DNA of 64,000 bases from positions 62,001 through 126,000 of the forward strand of contig CBFFRP010000463.1 in NCBI GenBank assembly GCA_965644295.1, in the 5' to 3' direction. Every line of letters begins with the position of its first letter. Position 1 is the stretch's first letter. The notes below the pieces were generated by a model. It did not search any database, was not told the origin of the DNA, and worked only from the letters and a program-made list of their open reading frames with translations. The stretch is from Paraphysomonas bandaiensis (Eukaryota > Protista > Chrysophyceae). Shown one piece after another: positions 55,018-64,000 of this stretch. Position numbers and translations under genes: made by a program.

Positions 55018-57513
55018 ATGCACGTGATGGAACTCACAGAGGAAGGTCAAGCGTTTCCAGACTTTCAATCTATCATGAACCACATGCAACAGATAGCCAG
55101 TTGTGGAGGCACACGTACAGGAAAACAACTGCGACGCGATCCACATGTAGCTCAAGGAAGCAATAGAGTTACTATGATATGTATGAATCCAGCATGTGCT
55201 CTAAGATTATGTGCTCGGCGTAAGCGTGATAAAACATACTATATGGATAGTGCTGCAAGTATTAAGGAGCATTATGTGTTGAACGAGGATGGTATGAGAA
55301 TTCCTTGTGTCGTCTTCGGAAAAGCATCACAGGTTTATATATATATATATGAATGAACTTTTCATTATTCAGTTCTTCAAGAACGAGGTGTTGAACAATG
55401 AAAAGTTTGCAGTGATCATGAAGGATGTTGGAGTCGGTCCTCGTAATATTAGCACTACCCGCATTCAGGTGAGAACACACACACATCATTGCCATCATAT
55501 ACGAGCTATAATGTTCTTGTGATGCAAGGCATTTACTACTGTAATTTTGTATGAAAATCTTATGATATGGGAGGGTGAGAGAATGCGCCATTTATTAGTA
55601 TACCTACGCGTTTCTGTTCTCACCACTGAATACACAAATATATGAGTCGACACAAAGATATATCGCAATGTATAAAATATAAGTGCTCTTTTAACTAGCA
55701 ACTTCTGTTGGTTGATGGCATAAATGCCACGCCCGATGTGGTTAAGAAAGCTGCAGCACTCAGTCGAATTCAAGTAGAAGACCAATTGGGCAGTTTTTCA
55801 TTGCTAGAGCCATTTCTAGAGCTGTACAAAGAACAAAATCCCGGTGCTCATTACGAACTTCGCCGTAACGATATTACGGAGGAGTTTAATAGTTTAGCAT
55901 TTGTTTTTCCATACGTTAAGAATTGCATTGAACACGAGTACCTGAGGCGCATATTTGGTCTGGATGTTTCTCATATGAAGAAGATTTCCCTACAGGGCGA
56001 TATCATTATACGACCAATGTTTTTAACGGTTGTGAGTGGACGAACCCTTGATAATCACATGATAGTATGTGGGTTTGCAATAACATTTGCTGAATGTAGA
56101 GACGACATAGACTTTTTGAATGCAGCTATGATAGAAGCTGGGGTCGTTCTCAATGATCCACGGAATACTATTTTGAGTGACCGAGGTACTGCTGAGATAT
56201 CATTTCTACAGAGAAGTCTCCCGTTAGCCTTTGAATTTCATTGTGGAATTCATTTGGAAAGAAACTTGAAGAGCAAGGGATGGTCACATTGGTTGCCACT
56301 CTACTGGAAAGCACGCAATGCTCCAACTATCGTTGAACATATGAGATGTATGAGGTATGAGGTAAATGATTGCAATACAAGAGTAACATATATATACTTC
56401 TACTATAGTGTCATAGAATCTTCATGCAAACCGATGTATGAGTACCTAAGCAAACTCAACAACTGGTAGTTATACCAAGCTGTGGACACAGGTCATATGT
56501 TGTACGATTGGAAGAGTGATAATATTGTTGAAGCAATCTTCGCATGGTGCCGTGAAACAAGATTTCTGAATCCTTACATGTTTGTAAAGAAGTTTTTAGT
56601 TGATATATTAGAGAGTAATAACAGGCGGAAGGATGACATTGCTCGGTTGCAGACTGTACTCCATCCCCAAGCTGAACAACACTTTCATGTAATATCGCAC
56701 GTGTAAATTGTGCAATAGTAAGCTTAATATGTTAGGTAATGTGTATAATTGCTTACGTTCTAATATTTTATACTTGATAGGATATACAGAAAAAAGTCAG
56801 ACATTGTCCAATGGAGGTTCACATTCTCGATACTGTGAGCGAGCGAGGTATTGTGCATACCATCACGGATGCAGTGCATAGAAGCGAGTTGAGAAATGTG
56901 GACTTGTCTAAGCAGAAATGCGACTGTGGAAAGTATCAACAAACAGGACTACCGTGTAAGGATGCGTGGTTCCTGCTTAAAGAGTTGTATCCGAATGGAA
57001 TGCCACAAGACCTATTTTCGGAGAAATACTTCAATAAAGACTGCTTTACTATGAGAGTAAAAAATATGTTTGCAGACGTGCCTGAATTGTTAGGCACGAT
57101 TCCCTCTACTTCAGAAGTTGATAATCGATTGCGATCCAAATCGTTTAGGACTATCAAAGCTCCTCTTGCTAATGATTCCAAGTCTTACAGGAGTTCGAAA
57201 CGATTGACTAGTACCGGAGAAAGTTCTAGCAGGTGCTGTCAGATATATTTATTCTTATACATTTATAACGCACAACAGTTCTACTAGTCAGGCGTCATTC
57301 AAAAAGCAAAAGAAACAGTGTCCCGACTGTCACCAGTGGCTCTCGCGCAAGACGCTGCATCCCACCAGTGCATGTAGCAGGTATTGTATTCGAAATGGTA
57401 TGAGTCCGCCTGAGGTTATTCTTTCCGGCTATATTGACGAGTTGAGTTACCCTGATGATATCGCTGAGCTATCAGAATCGCCTGCTGAAGAAACTGCAAC
57501 ACACTTTAGTTAG
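55018..57513 (+). pseudogene. MULE transposase (intron-containing) with one in-frame TAG at 56467
   Basis: GLDVSHMK, ILSDRG, HCGIHLERN (MULE domain), SDNIVEA, SWIM-like CDCGKYQQTGLPCKD and C-terminal CPDC; ORFs 55708 and 56482 share a frame across a single stop; 5' exons approximate. Confidence 0.85.
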
Positions 57514-57920
57514 AAATCGGTTGTGTATTCCATATTTTTTGTGGCCGCATGTATATTATCGTTTAGTTGGGCAATTACATATCTTTAATTTTAACGAAAT
57601 GTGTCTTTACTGTTGTTGAGTTGTTGCTCAGTGATAAAATTCATGCACGGTAGTGTTTAGTGTTTTAAACTGTACTTGACTAGCTAGAACCTTTGTCATA
57701 CTACTAATAATATATGATCACATTAACCACTTCTTGTAATATTCTAGTTAGTTGAAATAACTTTTGTAATTCTGTGATAGCTAGATACTAGGGCTGATGT
57801 AAAAGAGTTTGAAAGTTGTCCTTATCTATACTCTATACAGTCATTGAAAATTTACATGTCATACACCCTGATAATACTAAACTGAAACCAAGACTATACA
57901 CACAGAACGGGGGGTAGGCG

Positions 57921-58212
57921 TGTTGAGATCTGAAGATTCTATATACTTGCAATTGAGTGCAGTATTATGTGAGATGCAAGGATCGAAAGATATATATGTA
58001 ATTAGTACATTATATTATGTAGTATGAAACTGAAGTAGAAGTGGATGACTATACAGGATACGATGACTGAGTGTGTGGTTGTACACTATAGTAGTAAATG
58101 AATGGTGTTGAACACATCGAACACAACTTAGGTTCTTTATCATGTAATGTTTATAATTTCATCTTATCAGTTGAGAATAGTAAACCTTAGCAAATAATGT
58201 CAACTTCTGTTA
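57921..58212 (+). repeat. 5' LTR
   Basis: Direct repeat of 59663-59954; starts TGTTG and ends TGTTA. Confidence 0.96.
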
Positions 58213-58392
58213 TGGTAGCGGATGGTAGTTGTAGGGATGGGGAAGATGACAAGAATCTACGGTTTGACAAGAACCAAGCAGACTATTCAGCGAGAAAAAT
58301 CAAGATGCATCTAATGAAGAAAAACCGAAACCATCTTGGCTTGGAGGACCCGCCAGCCGGAGGAAGGAATTTAGAGTCATGGAGAGAGCGTA

Positions 58393-59538
58393 ATGATACC
58401 TAAATTCATACGATCTATGCATTTTAAACCATGTGTATTAGACCCGTGTTTGTATTATCAGTATAAGGGCGATGAATTGATATTATTAACGATATATGTG
58501 GATGATATCCTAGTGTTAGGTCGTGATGTCAACATAGTGAAGGATATTAAAGCTCAACTGTGTGCCCGGTTTGATATGAAGGATATGGGCGAGATGGAAC
58601 ATTTTCTGAATGTTCGAGTCACAAGAACGCCAGAGTATATTCGTCTTGACCAATCAGTATATGCGGCTAAGATCTTAGAAAAGTTTGAAAAGTATCTTGG
58701 GCCACCGCGAAAGGTACGGAAGAGTCCTCTACCGGCGGAAGCAATGGATTTAGTGGCAAAAGGGGCGCGGCATGAGCATACCGAGGAGGAACAGCTTATA
58801 GTAGATAACTTCCCATATCGGCCGCTGATAGGTGCATTACTATATCTATCGATGAACACGAGGCCGGATATTGCCTATGCAGTGGGAGTACTGTCTCGGT
58901 TCAGTAATAAGGTGAATATTGAAGTATGCAAGCTATTAACACATGTATGGCAATATATTCGTGGTTCTATTGACAAAGGGATTCAATATGGGAGTAGACG
59001 GTTCGACTTCCATATGTTTACTGACGCGGATTGGGCGGGAGATCAGCTCTCCAGGAAGTCCACGTCGGGGTACGTTGGGTTTGCAGCGGGAGGGCCTATA
59101 GTCTGGCAGTCCAAACTGCAGACGACAGTGGCAACGTCAAGCATGCAGTCTGAGTATCAGTGTATTTACTCGGGTCTCCAAGAAGTGCTATGGGTTCGGG
59201 GGGTGACGGGTGAGATTAAGTTGAGGCTCATCAAACCCACACCATTCTTCATCGACAGTCAGAGTGCCCAGGATTTGGCCGAAAACCCAGTGTTTCACAA
59301 GAAGTCGAAGCACATTGAGATTAAGTATCACATGGTGAGAGAGCACGTGGATCCCAATCAGTTCAATACGATTAAGTTAGTGCATGTGCATACATCGCAA
59401 CAAGCAGCAGATATTTATACAAAGTCATTGGTTGGTTTATCATATATGGAGCAGAGAAAGAGAAATCTTGGAGAGAAAGTTAAGAGTTCCACTGAAGTGA
59501 TTAATGAGGGACCAAGGGATAAAAGAAGGCGCAAGTAG
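58393..59538 (+). CDS. Truncated Copia pol: C-terminal part of RT plus RNase H
   Basis: DPCLY, IYVDDIL, MKDMG, PYRPLIGALLYLSMNTRPDIAYAV, DADWAGD...RKSTSG, KHIEIKYH and ADIYTK; integrase, protease and the RT N-terminus are absent. Confidence 0.93.
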   Translation: MIPKFIRSMHFKPCVLDPCLYYQYKGDELILLTIYVDDILVLGRDVNIVKDIKAQLCARFDMKDMGEMEHFLNVRVTRTPEYIRLDQSVYAAKILEKFEKYLGPPRKVRKSPLPAEAMDLVAKGARHEHTEEEQLIVDNFPYRPLIGALLYLSMNTRPDIAYAVGVLSRFSNKVNIEVCKLLTHVWQYIRGSIDKGIQYGSRRFDFHMFTDADWAGDQLSRKSTSGYVGFAAGGPIVWQSKLQTTVATSSMQSEYQCIYSGLQEVLWVRGVTGEIKLRLIKPTPFFIDSQSAQDLAENPVFHKKSKHIEIKYHMVREHVDPNQFNTIKLVHVHTSQQAADIYTKSLVGLSYMEQRKRNLGEKVKSSTEVINEGPRDKRRRK

Positions 59539-59662
59539 GTACTGAGTTTTTTAGACAGAGGTTTAGACTTAGAGATGAGTCTATTTTACTGTCAAGAATT
59601 TTTTTATCTCAGGCATTCAATAGCTGGGAGGCGTCATAGTACAACACTCAATTGAGGGGGAG

Positions 59663-59954
59663 TGTTGAGATCTGAAGATTCTATATACTTGCAATTGAGT
59701 GCAGTATTATGTGAGATGCAAGGATCGAAAGATATATATGTAATTAGTACATTATATTATGTAGTATGAAACTGAAGTAGAAGTGGATGACTATACAGGA
59801 TACGATGACTGAGTGTGTGGTTGTACACTATAGTAGTAAATGAATGGTGTTGAACACATCGAACACAACTTAGGTTCTTTATCATGTAATGTTTATAATT
59901 TCATCTTATCAGTTGAGAATAGTAAACCTTAGCAAATAATGTCAACTTCTGTTA
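59663..59954 (+). repeat. 3' LTR
   Basis: Direct repeat of 57921-58212; no difference found by eye. Confidence 0.96.
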
Positions 59955-60637
59955 AGGCGTCCTGGGGGCACAATAACATTACTTTAAAAGGAATAAAACA
60001 GCTATATCTTTTAGTGTGTAGTCAAAAGTCAAAAGAATATCAATACACGAATTACAACATCATTAACAGAAGCACACAAATTCACTGTTATAAAAGTATA
60101 CATAATACCAACAGTATGGAACTATTCAAGCAGCCACTAATCTACCTTCTACGAGTTACTTGTGCTCTTGCATGGCGCCATAAGATTCATGTGGCAACAA
60201 AGGCAGGGGATGTCAATCAAAGAAGATTATAGATATGCCAATATTTACTCATATATTTCTGATTCCTACACCTGTTCATCTGAAAGACTCCTATATTCGA
60301 TCTCATCGGAGTATAAGAGTGGCTAGCAGGACTATGAATGCATGTTCTTCGAGATCTAGAAGCAACTGCTCCACGTTGGCCTTTTATAGCCCTAGCTGTG
60401 TCGATAGAGCATCGAGCTGGGTCCCTCGTCCAACTGGAAAGCCATTCACAGGGGAGTTGTGAACACAATGTACCTTCCTGCTTCTATATGTTGGCAGTGA
60501 GTGTGCTGTATGTTGGAAAGGAAAATGTCAGAAAACCCCCCAAAAAAGCAAAAACCCCTCCAATGTGTCCATTCTGGCACTGAACCACCAAAAAACCCCC
60601 CAACCGTGTCTTGATCGGCACCGGGCTCTAGGAAATT

Positions 60638-61174
60638 ATGAAGAAGTCGAGCAACGAGAAGCTCAAGAAGTTTAGGAACAAGGCGTTGGACCAGCGGTCC
60701 AGGGGCCAAGGGGCAGAGGCATTGACCCCAACGGTGCCGATTCTGAAGTATGGGACGAACACCAACCTGGCGGTATTTAAGCAGAAGCTCACAGTGGCCG
60801 CCATGATGCTATTTGGTGACCTAGCGAGGCTCGTGGAGACCGATGAGTATTATGAACCACCCAAGATAAAGATTGAGGACTACGATCTCGATAATGACCC
60901 CCACGGTCTGAACCTGGAAGAACTTAAGGATGCGAGAAAGACACGCCAAAGGAAGATTGACCAAATGCGTGACAACCGATCAGCTTTCTATGCGTTCATG
61001 TATGACAGACTGAGCAACGAGTCCGTGGACGCGATTAAGCAATTGGAGGAATACGAAGAGATTAACTCCTCCAAGGACCCTCTACTGTTGTGGCTTGCTA
61101 TCAAGCAGACTCACAAAACAGCGACGAACTCCAATGTAGGGACCATCATGCGTGCAGAGACGAGAAAGAAGTAC
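60638..61174 (+). mobile_element. Copia-type gag N-terminal part, interrupted at ~61175
   Basis: VPILKYGTNTNLAVFKQKL...FGDLARLVE...LSNESVDAIK...KDPLLLWLAIKQTH is gag-like; the ORF tail after RKKY is low-complexity read-through into foreign AT-rich DNA. Confidence 0.72.
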
Positions 61175-61327
61175 ACACACAGAGAGGGGGAGGGCCGAGG
61201 GGTCGCTCTAAGCCGCTTAGGCATTCTTCCTGAGCCAGAAAGGCTCTCGTATCGTAATAAAACTTCGTTTTATTACTCTTTCCTTTTCACTCTATCTTTC
61301 TTCCTTTCCACTCTATCTTTAAATATA

Positions 61328-61932
61328 ATAATTATCTTATATAATAATATTAATAATACTATACTTTAAATAAAAATTAATTATCTTATATAATAATATT
61401 AATAATACTATACTTTAAATAAAAATTAATTACTTTATATAATATTAAATAATTATCTTATAATAAAATAAAAATATAGTTTTGGCATTTTGGCTTTCTG
61501 GCATTTTGGCTTTTATGAAAATTAGAAAAAGTTATAAAATAAAATTTATTATATAGTTTATGTTATAAAAATCCAGTGCCATAATGCCAGTTGTGGTGGT
61601 GATGATGATGGTGGTGTTGTAACAGTGATGGTTATGTTATAAAAATCCAGTGCCATAATGCCAGTTTCTATTCAAAATATTTTTTCAAAATAATTTATCA
61701 AAAATATTTATTCTATTCAAAATATTTATTCTATTCAAAATAATTTATCAAAAATATTTATTCTATTCAAAATATTTTTTCAAAATAATTTATCAAAAAT
61801 ATTTATTCTATTCAAAATATTTATTCTATTCAAAATATTTTTTCAAAATAATTTATCAAAAATATTTATTCTATTCAAAATATTTTTTCAAAATAATTTA
61901 TCAAAAATATTTATTCTATTCAAAATAATTTT
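61328..61932. repeat. Tandem and direct repeat blocks in the presumed terminal arm
   Basis: ~49-bp duplication (aattatcttatataataatattaataatactatactttaaataaaaatt x2), ~35-bp duplication (ttatgttataaaaatccagtgccataatgccagtt x2) and a TTCTATTCAAAATA-based array at ~61665-61930. Confidence 0.9.
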
Positions 61933-62150
61933 TACGTTATTACCAATTAAAAAATTATTAAAAAGCAAAATGGTTTAAAGAGATAATTTTAAAAAGGCCA
62001 TGAAAGATGTCAAAAAGAAAAAACGGATGAAGGTTAATAAATAGTTGAATACACACACGCAACAAACAATAAACAAAATAGTTTTAAAAAATCGGCTCCT
62101 TTCTTTAAAGTATGATTAAAGTTTTAAAAAATATATAAAACAAATATATA

Positions 62151-62393
62151 ATGAGTTACACATATGTCGTTATTACAATTACAGATTTAGTTTGGAATAA
62201 CACAAAAATATATGAAATTTACAAAACAAAAATCACTAATCCAATAAAGTTCTCAGAAAAGGTTGATAAAAGAATAGAGATAATACGAAATAAAATATTT
62301 TCAGAAAATGATTATACCTCAGAAGATATTAAAAGATTTAATGAAGAAAATGAAATAAATTATGAGGAGATTGATAGTATTTATAATTTATAA
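62151..62393 (+). CDS. Small hypothetical protein (80 aa), putatively viral
   Basis: Intronless AT-rich ORF preceded by ATATATA immediately before the ATG. Confidence 0.6.
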   Translation: MSYTYVVITITDLVWNNTKIYEIYKTKITNPIKFSEKVDKRIEIIRNKIFSENDYTSEDIKRFNEENEINYEEIDSIYNL

Positions 62394-62413
62394 TAATTTA
62401 ATGTATTAGTGTT

Positions 62414-62563
62414 TTAATTTATAAAAATTAAAACTAAAAGAAATTTTTGAGTACAATTTGATAATTTTGTATGAATAAATTTATCGTTATCTTCATCATA
62501 ATAACCGTTTAATTCACTATCAACATGTCCACAACAATCAAAATATTTAATTCCATAACCCAT
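62414..62563 (-). CDS. Small hypothetical protein (49 aa), putatively viral
   Basis: MGYGIKYFDCCGHVDSELNGYYDEDNDKFIH...; preceded by ATATATATATA; below the size cutoff of the ORF track. Confidence 0.4.
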   Translation of the reverse strand: MGYGIKYFDCCGHVDSELNGYYDEDNDKFIHTKLSNCTQKFLLVLIFIN

Positions 62564-62590
62564 TATATATATATATGTTAGATAAAAATA

Positions 62591-63388
62591 TTACTCTGTT
62601 GTTGAATCTAAACTCCATGTATCACCTGTCAATCTAAAATTGATAGTGTTAAACATAATATAACCTGCTGAGGCAATAACAATTCTTATAATTGAATATC
62701 TTTTAGTTGTTGTAACTGCTTCAGTGAACAAAGTTGAATCTTGTGTTCCTGGAAATGCTACATCATCAATATAATTCCAAGTTGTGCCATCATCAGAACC
62801 TAATATATAGCATGCTTTCATTGTTCTCTCTTGTGATGTGCTTCTTTCTTGAGTTGATATAGATGTTAAACGAATTTTATAAGGTAATTGAACTTGAACC
62901 CATTCACCATCTATTGATTGAGATGTATCATATGTAGTTGAAAAATAATGATCTGTTCCATTACTACCGATGTAATTACCTGTTGTACCATCATAAGCTT
63001 CACCAGAAGGCATAGCATAAAAAACGCCATCTCTGTAATTGTCAATACCATTTGGTCCGCTGTTATATCTGTTATTACCCCAGAACGTCTCATCACTATC
63101 ATCAAATAATAAGTTACATGAATTTAAAGGGTCGGCTCCAGTATATCTACCATATGATGAACAAATTAAATTATATGTTCCATTTGCGTAAGATGTTGAA
63201 CCAGAACCGCCAGAATAAGATTTAGAAATGTGAGTATCAAAAACATCCTGACCATTAAAAGCAGTTGGAAGACCTGTAAATGATGTAGGAAAAGTGACAT
63301 TTGTTTGGTATTGTGTATTTGTATTACCTTGAACGACATTGTATTTGTTAATGTGATTAGCAATATTAATAATAGAACTTAGTGACAT
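62591..63388 (-). CDS. Discoidin/F5-8 type C (galactose-binding-like) domain protein, putative virion attachment protein
   Basis: LFDDSDETFW...GEWVQVQLPYKIRLTSI...R...YILGSDDGTTWNYI...RYSIIRIVI fits the discoidin-like fold pattern; intronless. Confidence 0.72.
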   Translation of the reverse strand: MSLSSIINIANHINKYNVVQGNTNTQYQTNVTFPTSFTGLPTAFNGQDVFDTHISKSYSGGSGSTSYANGTYNLICSSYGRYTGADPLNSCNLLFDDSDETFWGNNRYNSGPNGIDNYRDGVFYAMPSGEAYDGTTGNYIGSNGTDHYFSTTYDTSQSIDGEWVQVQLPYKIRLTSISTQERSTSQERTMKACYILGSDDGTTWNYIDDVAFPGTQDSTLFTEAVTTTKRYSIIRIVIASAGYIMFNTINFRLTGDTWSLDSTTE

Positions 63389-63460
63389 ATATATATTGAT
63401 GTTATAAAATAATTTGTAATTTTTACATTAAATAATTATATAGTATAAATATATATAACC

Positions 63461-64000
63461 ATGAGCATTTACCCAAAGCCGAAACCATCAAACGGAGTAT
63501 TCAACCCTTCAAATTACACATATATAAAAGATAGCATTGTTGACGTTGACTTAACAGGATATATTCAAAAGAGTGGAGATGTAATGAGTGGAACTCTAGT
63601 TTTGCCATCATTGAATTTATATGGAGATGGACAAGTATCATTCAATGACAATTCAATACAAACAACAGCAATGACAGATGCTTTAAAGACAGATATTGAA
63701 AACACGAAAACAAAAGCTACTAATATTTCATATGATGGAACAAATACATCAATTTCAGGAAGTGTTGAAGTATCAAAAATAATATTTCCAAATCTAAGTG
63801 AACAAACAGTGGCCTTTACAAATAATTTAAAAACAACATATGATAACTATGAAACAGGAAAACAAGATTTGATAACATCAGGAAATAGAATAAGTTGTAG
63901 TTTAATAGGAGATGGATTAATAACAAATGATGAACTAAACAAACTAAATAATGTTTCATCAAACATTCAAAATCAATTAGACGCCTTAGGACATGGTTTA
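63461..64000 (+). CDS. Fibre/tail-fibre-like protein, N-terminal 180 aa (open at the window end, absent from the ORF track)
   Basis: Manual translation MSIYPKPKPSNGVFNPSNY...GYIQKSGDVMSGTL...FNDNSIQTTA...FPNLSEQTVA...KQDLIT...ELNKLNNVSSNIQNQLD has no stop; the motifs are typical of viral fibre shafts. Confidence 0.75.
   Translation, partial: MSIYPKPKPSNGVFNPSNYTYIKDSIVDVDLTGYIQKSGDVMSGTLVLPSLNLYGDGQVSFNDNSIQTTAMTDALKTDIENTKTKATNISYDGTNTSISGSVEVSKIIFPNLSEQTVAFTNNLKTTYDNYETGKQDLITSGNRISCSLIGDGLITNDELNKLNNVSSNIQNQLDALGHGL

Larger units (their letters stand above)
57921..59954 (+). mobile_element. Internally deleted Copia LTR retrotransposon (2034 bp) with 5-bp TSD AGGCG
   Basis: 292-bp LTRs at 57921-58212 and 59663-59954; PBS-like TGGTAGCGG at 58213; PPT gagggggag before the 3' LTR; AGGCG at 57916-57920 and 59955-59959. 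Confidence 0.96.
54787..60628 (+). mobile_element. Mutator-like (MULE) DNA transposon with ~101-bp TIRs and 10-bp TSD TAGGAAATTA
   Basis: TIRs 54787-54887 and 60528-60628 (GAGCCCGGTG...CACCGGGCTC); TSD at 54777-54786 and 60629-60638; encodes a MULE transposase. Confidence 0.96.
61175..64000. mobile_element. Left end of a putative endogenous Polinton-like virus or virophage
   Basis: Abrupt switch to very AT-rich DNA after an ACACACAGAGAGGGGG terminus; ~950 bp noncoding repeat-rich arm; then tightly packed intronless ORFs with virus-like products; capsid, ATPase and polymerase genes are not in the window. Confidence 0.75.

Noticed and set aside
37688-56469. In-frame TAA/TAG as evidence of stop-codon reassignment to Gln
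   Set aside because: Conserved host genes here end at TAA or TAG and have no internal stops after splicing; the internal stops are confined to decaying repeats
61175-61369. C-terminal hydrophobic tail of ORF 60638-61369 as a real TM domain
   Set aside because: It is read-through from the broken gag into the noncoding AT-rich terminus
61665-61930. AT-rich repeat array considered as CRISPR or telomere
   Set aside because: No unique spacers, no G-rich telomeric unit, and it is followed by ORFs
61175-64000. Organellar insertion (NUMT/NUPT) as the source of the AT-rich block
   Set aside because: No organellar genes or RNAs are recognisable, and the ORFs look like viral structural proteins

Overview
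Eukaryotic nuclear DNA with short (~40-60 nt) GT-AG introns, probably from a flagellated protist (a stramenopile-like host is inferred, not established). Bases 1-54 kb hold housekeeping and cilium-type genes, many in head-to-head pairs: MetRS, a BAG-like protein, an ERICH3-N-like protein, COG7, an EF-hand/CorA fusion, CSN2, SMU1, a kinesin-3 with 138-bp tandem repeats, RIO2, a PNRC-motif protein, a sulfatase, a CudA-like protein, a WW/coiled-coil protein and an EF-hand protein. Transposon debris lies between them, and 36-41 kb is a decaying C2H2 zinc-finger array with captured gene fragments. The last 10 kb is a nest of mobile elements. A Copia-type gag gene has a Mutator transposon (about 100-bp TIRs, 10-bp TSD) inserted exactly at its start codon. 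That transposon contains a young, internally deleted Copia element (292-bp LTRs, 5-bp TSD). The same gag is cut at ~61175 by a very AT-rich, intronless element with a repeat-rich terminus, a discoidin-like gene and a fibre-like gene. This last element is best read as the left end of an endogenous Polinton-like virus or virophage that runs off the window. Exon boundaries and family calls were made by eye, without database searches.
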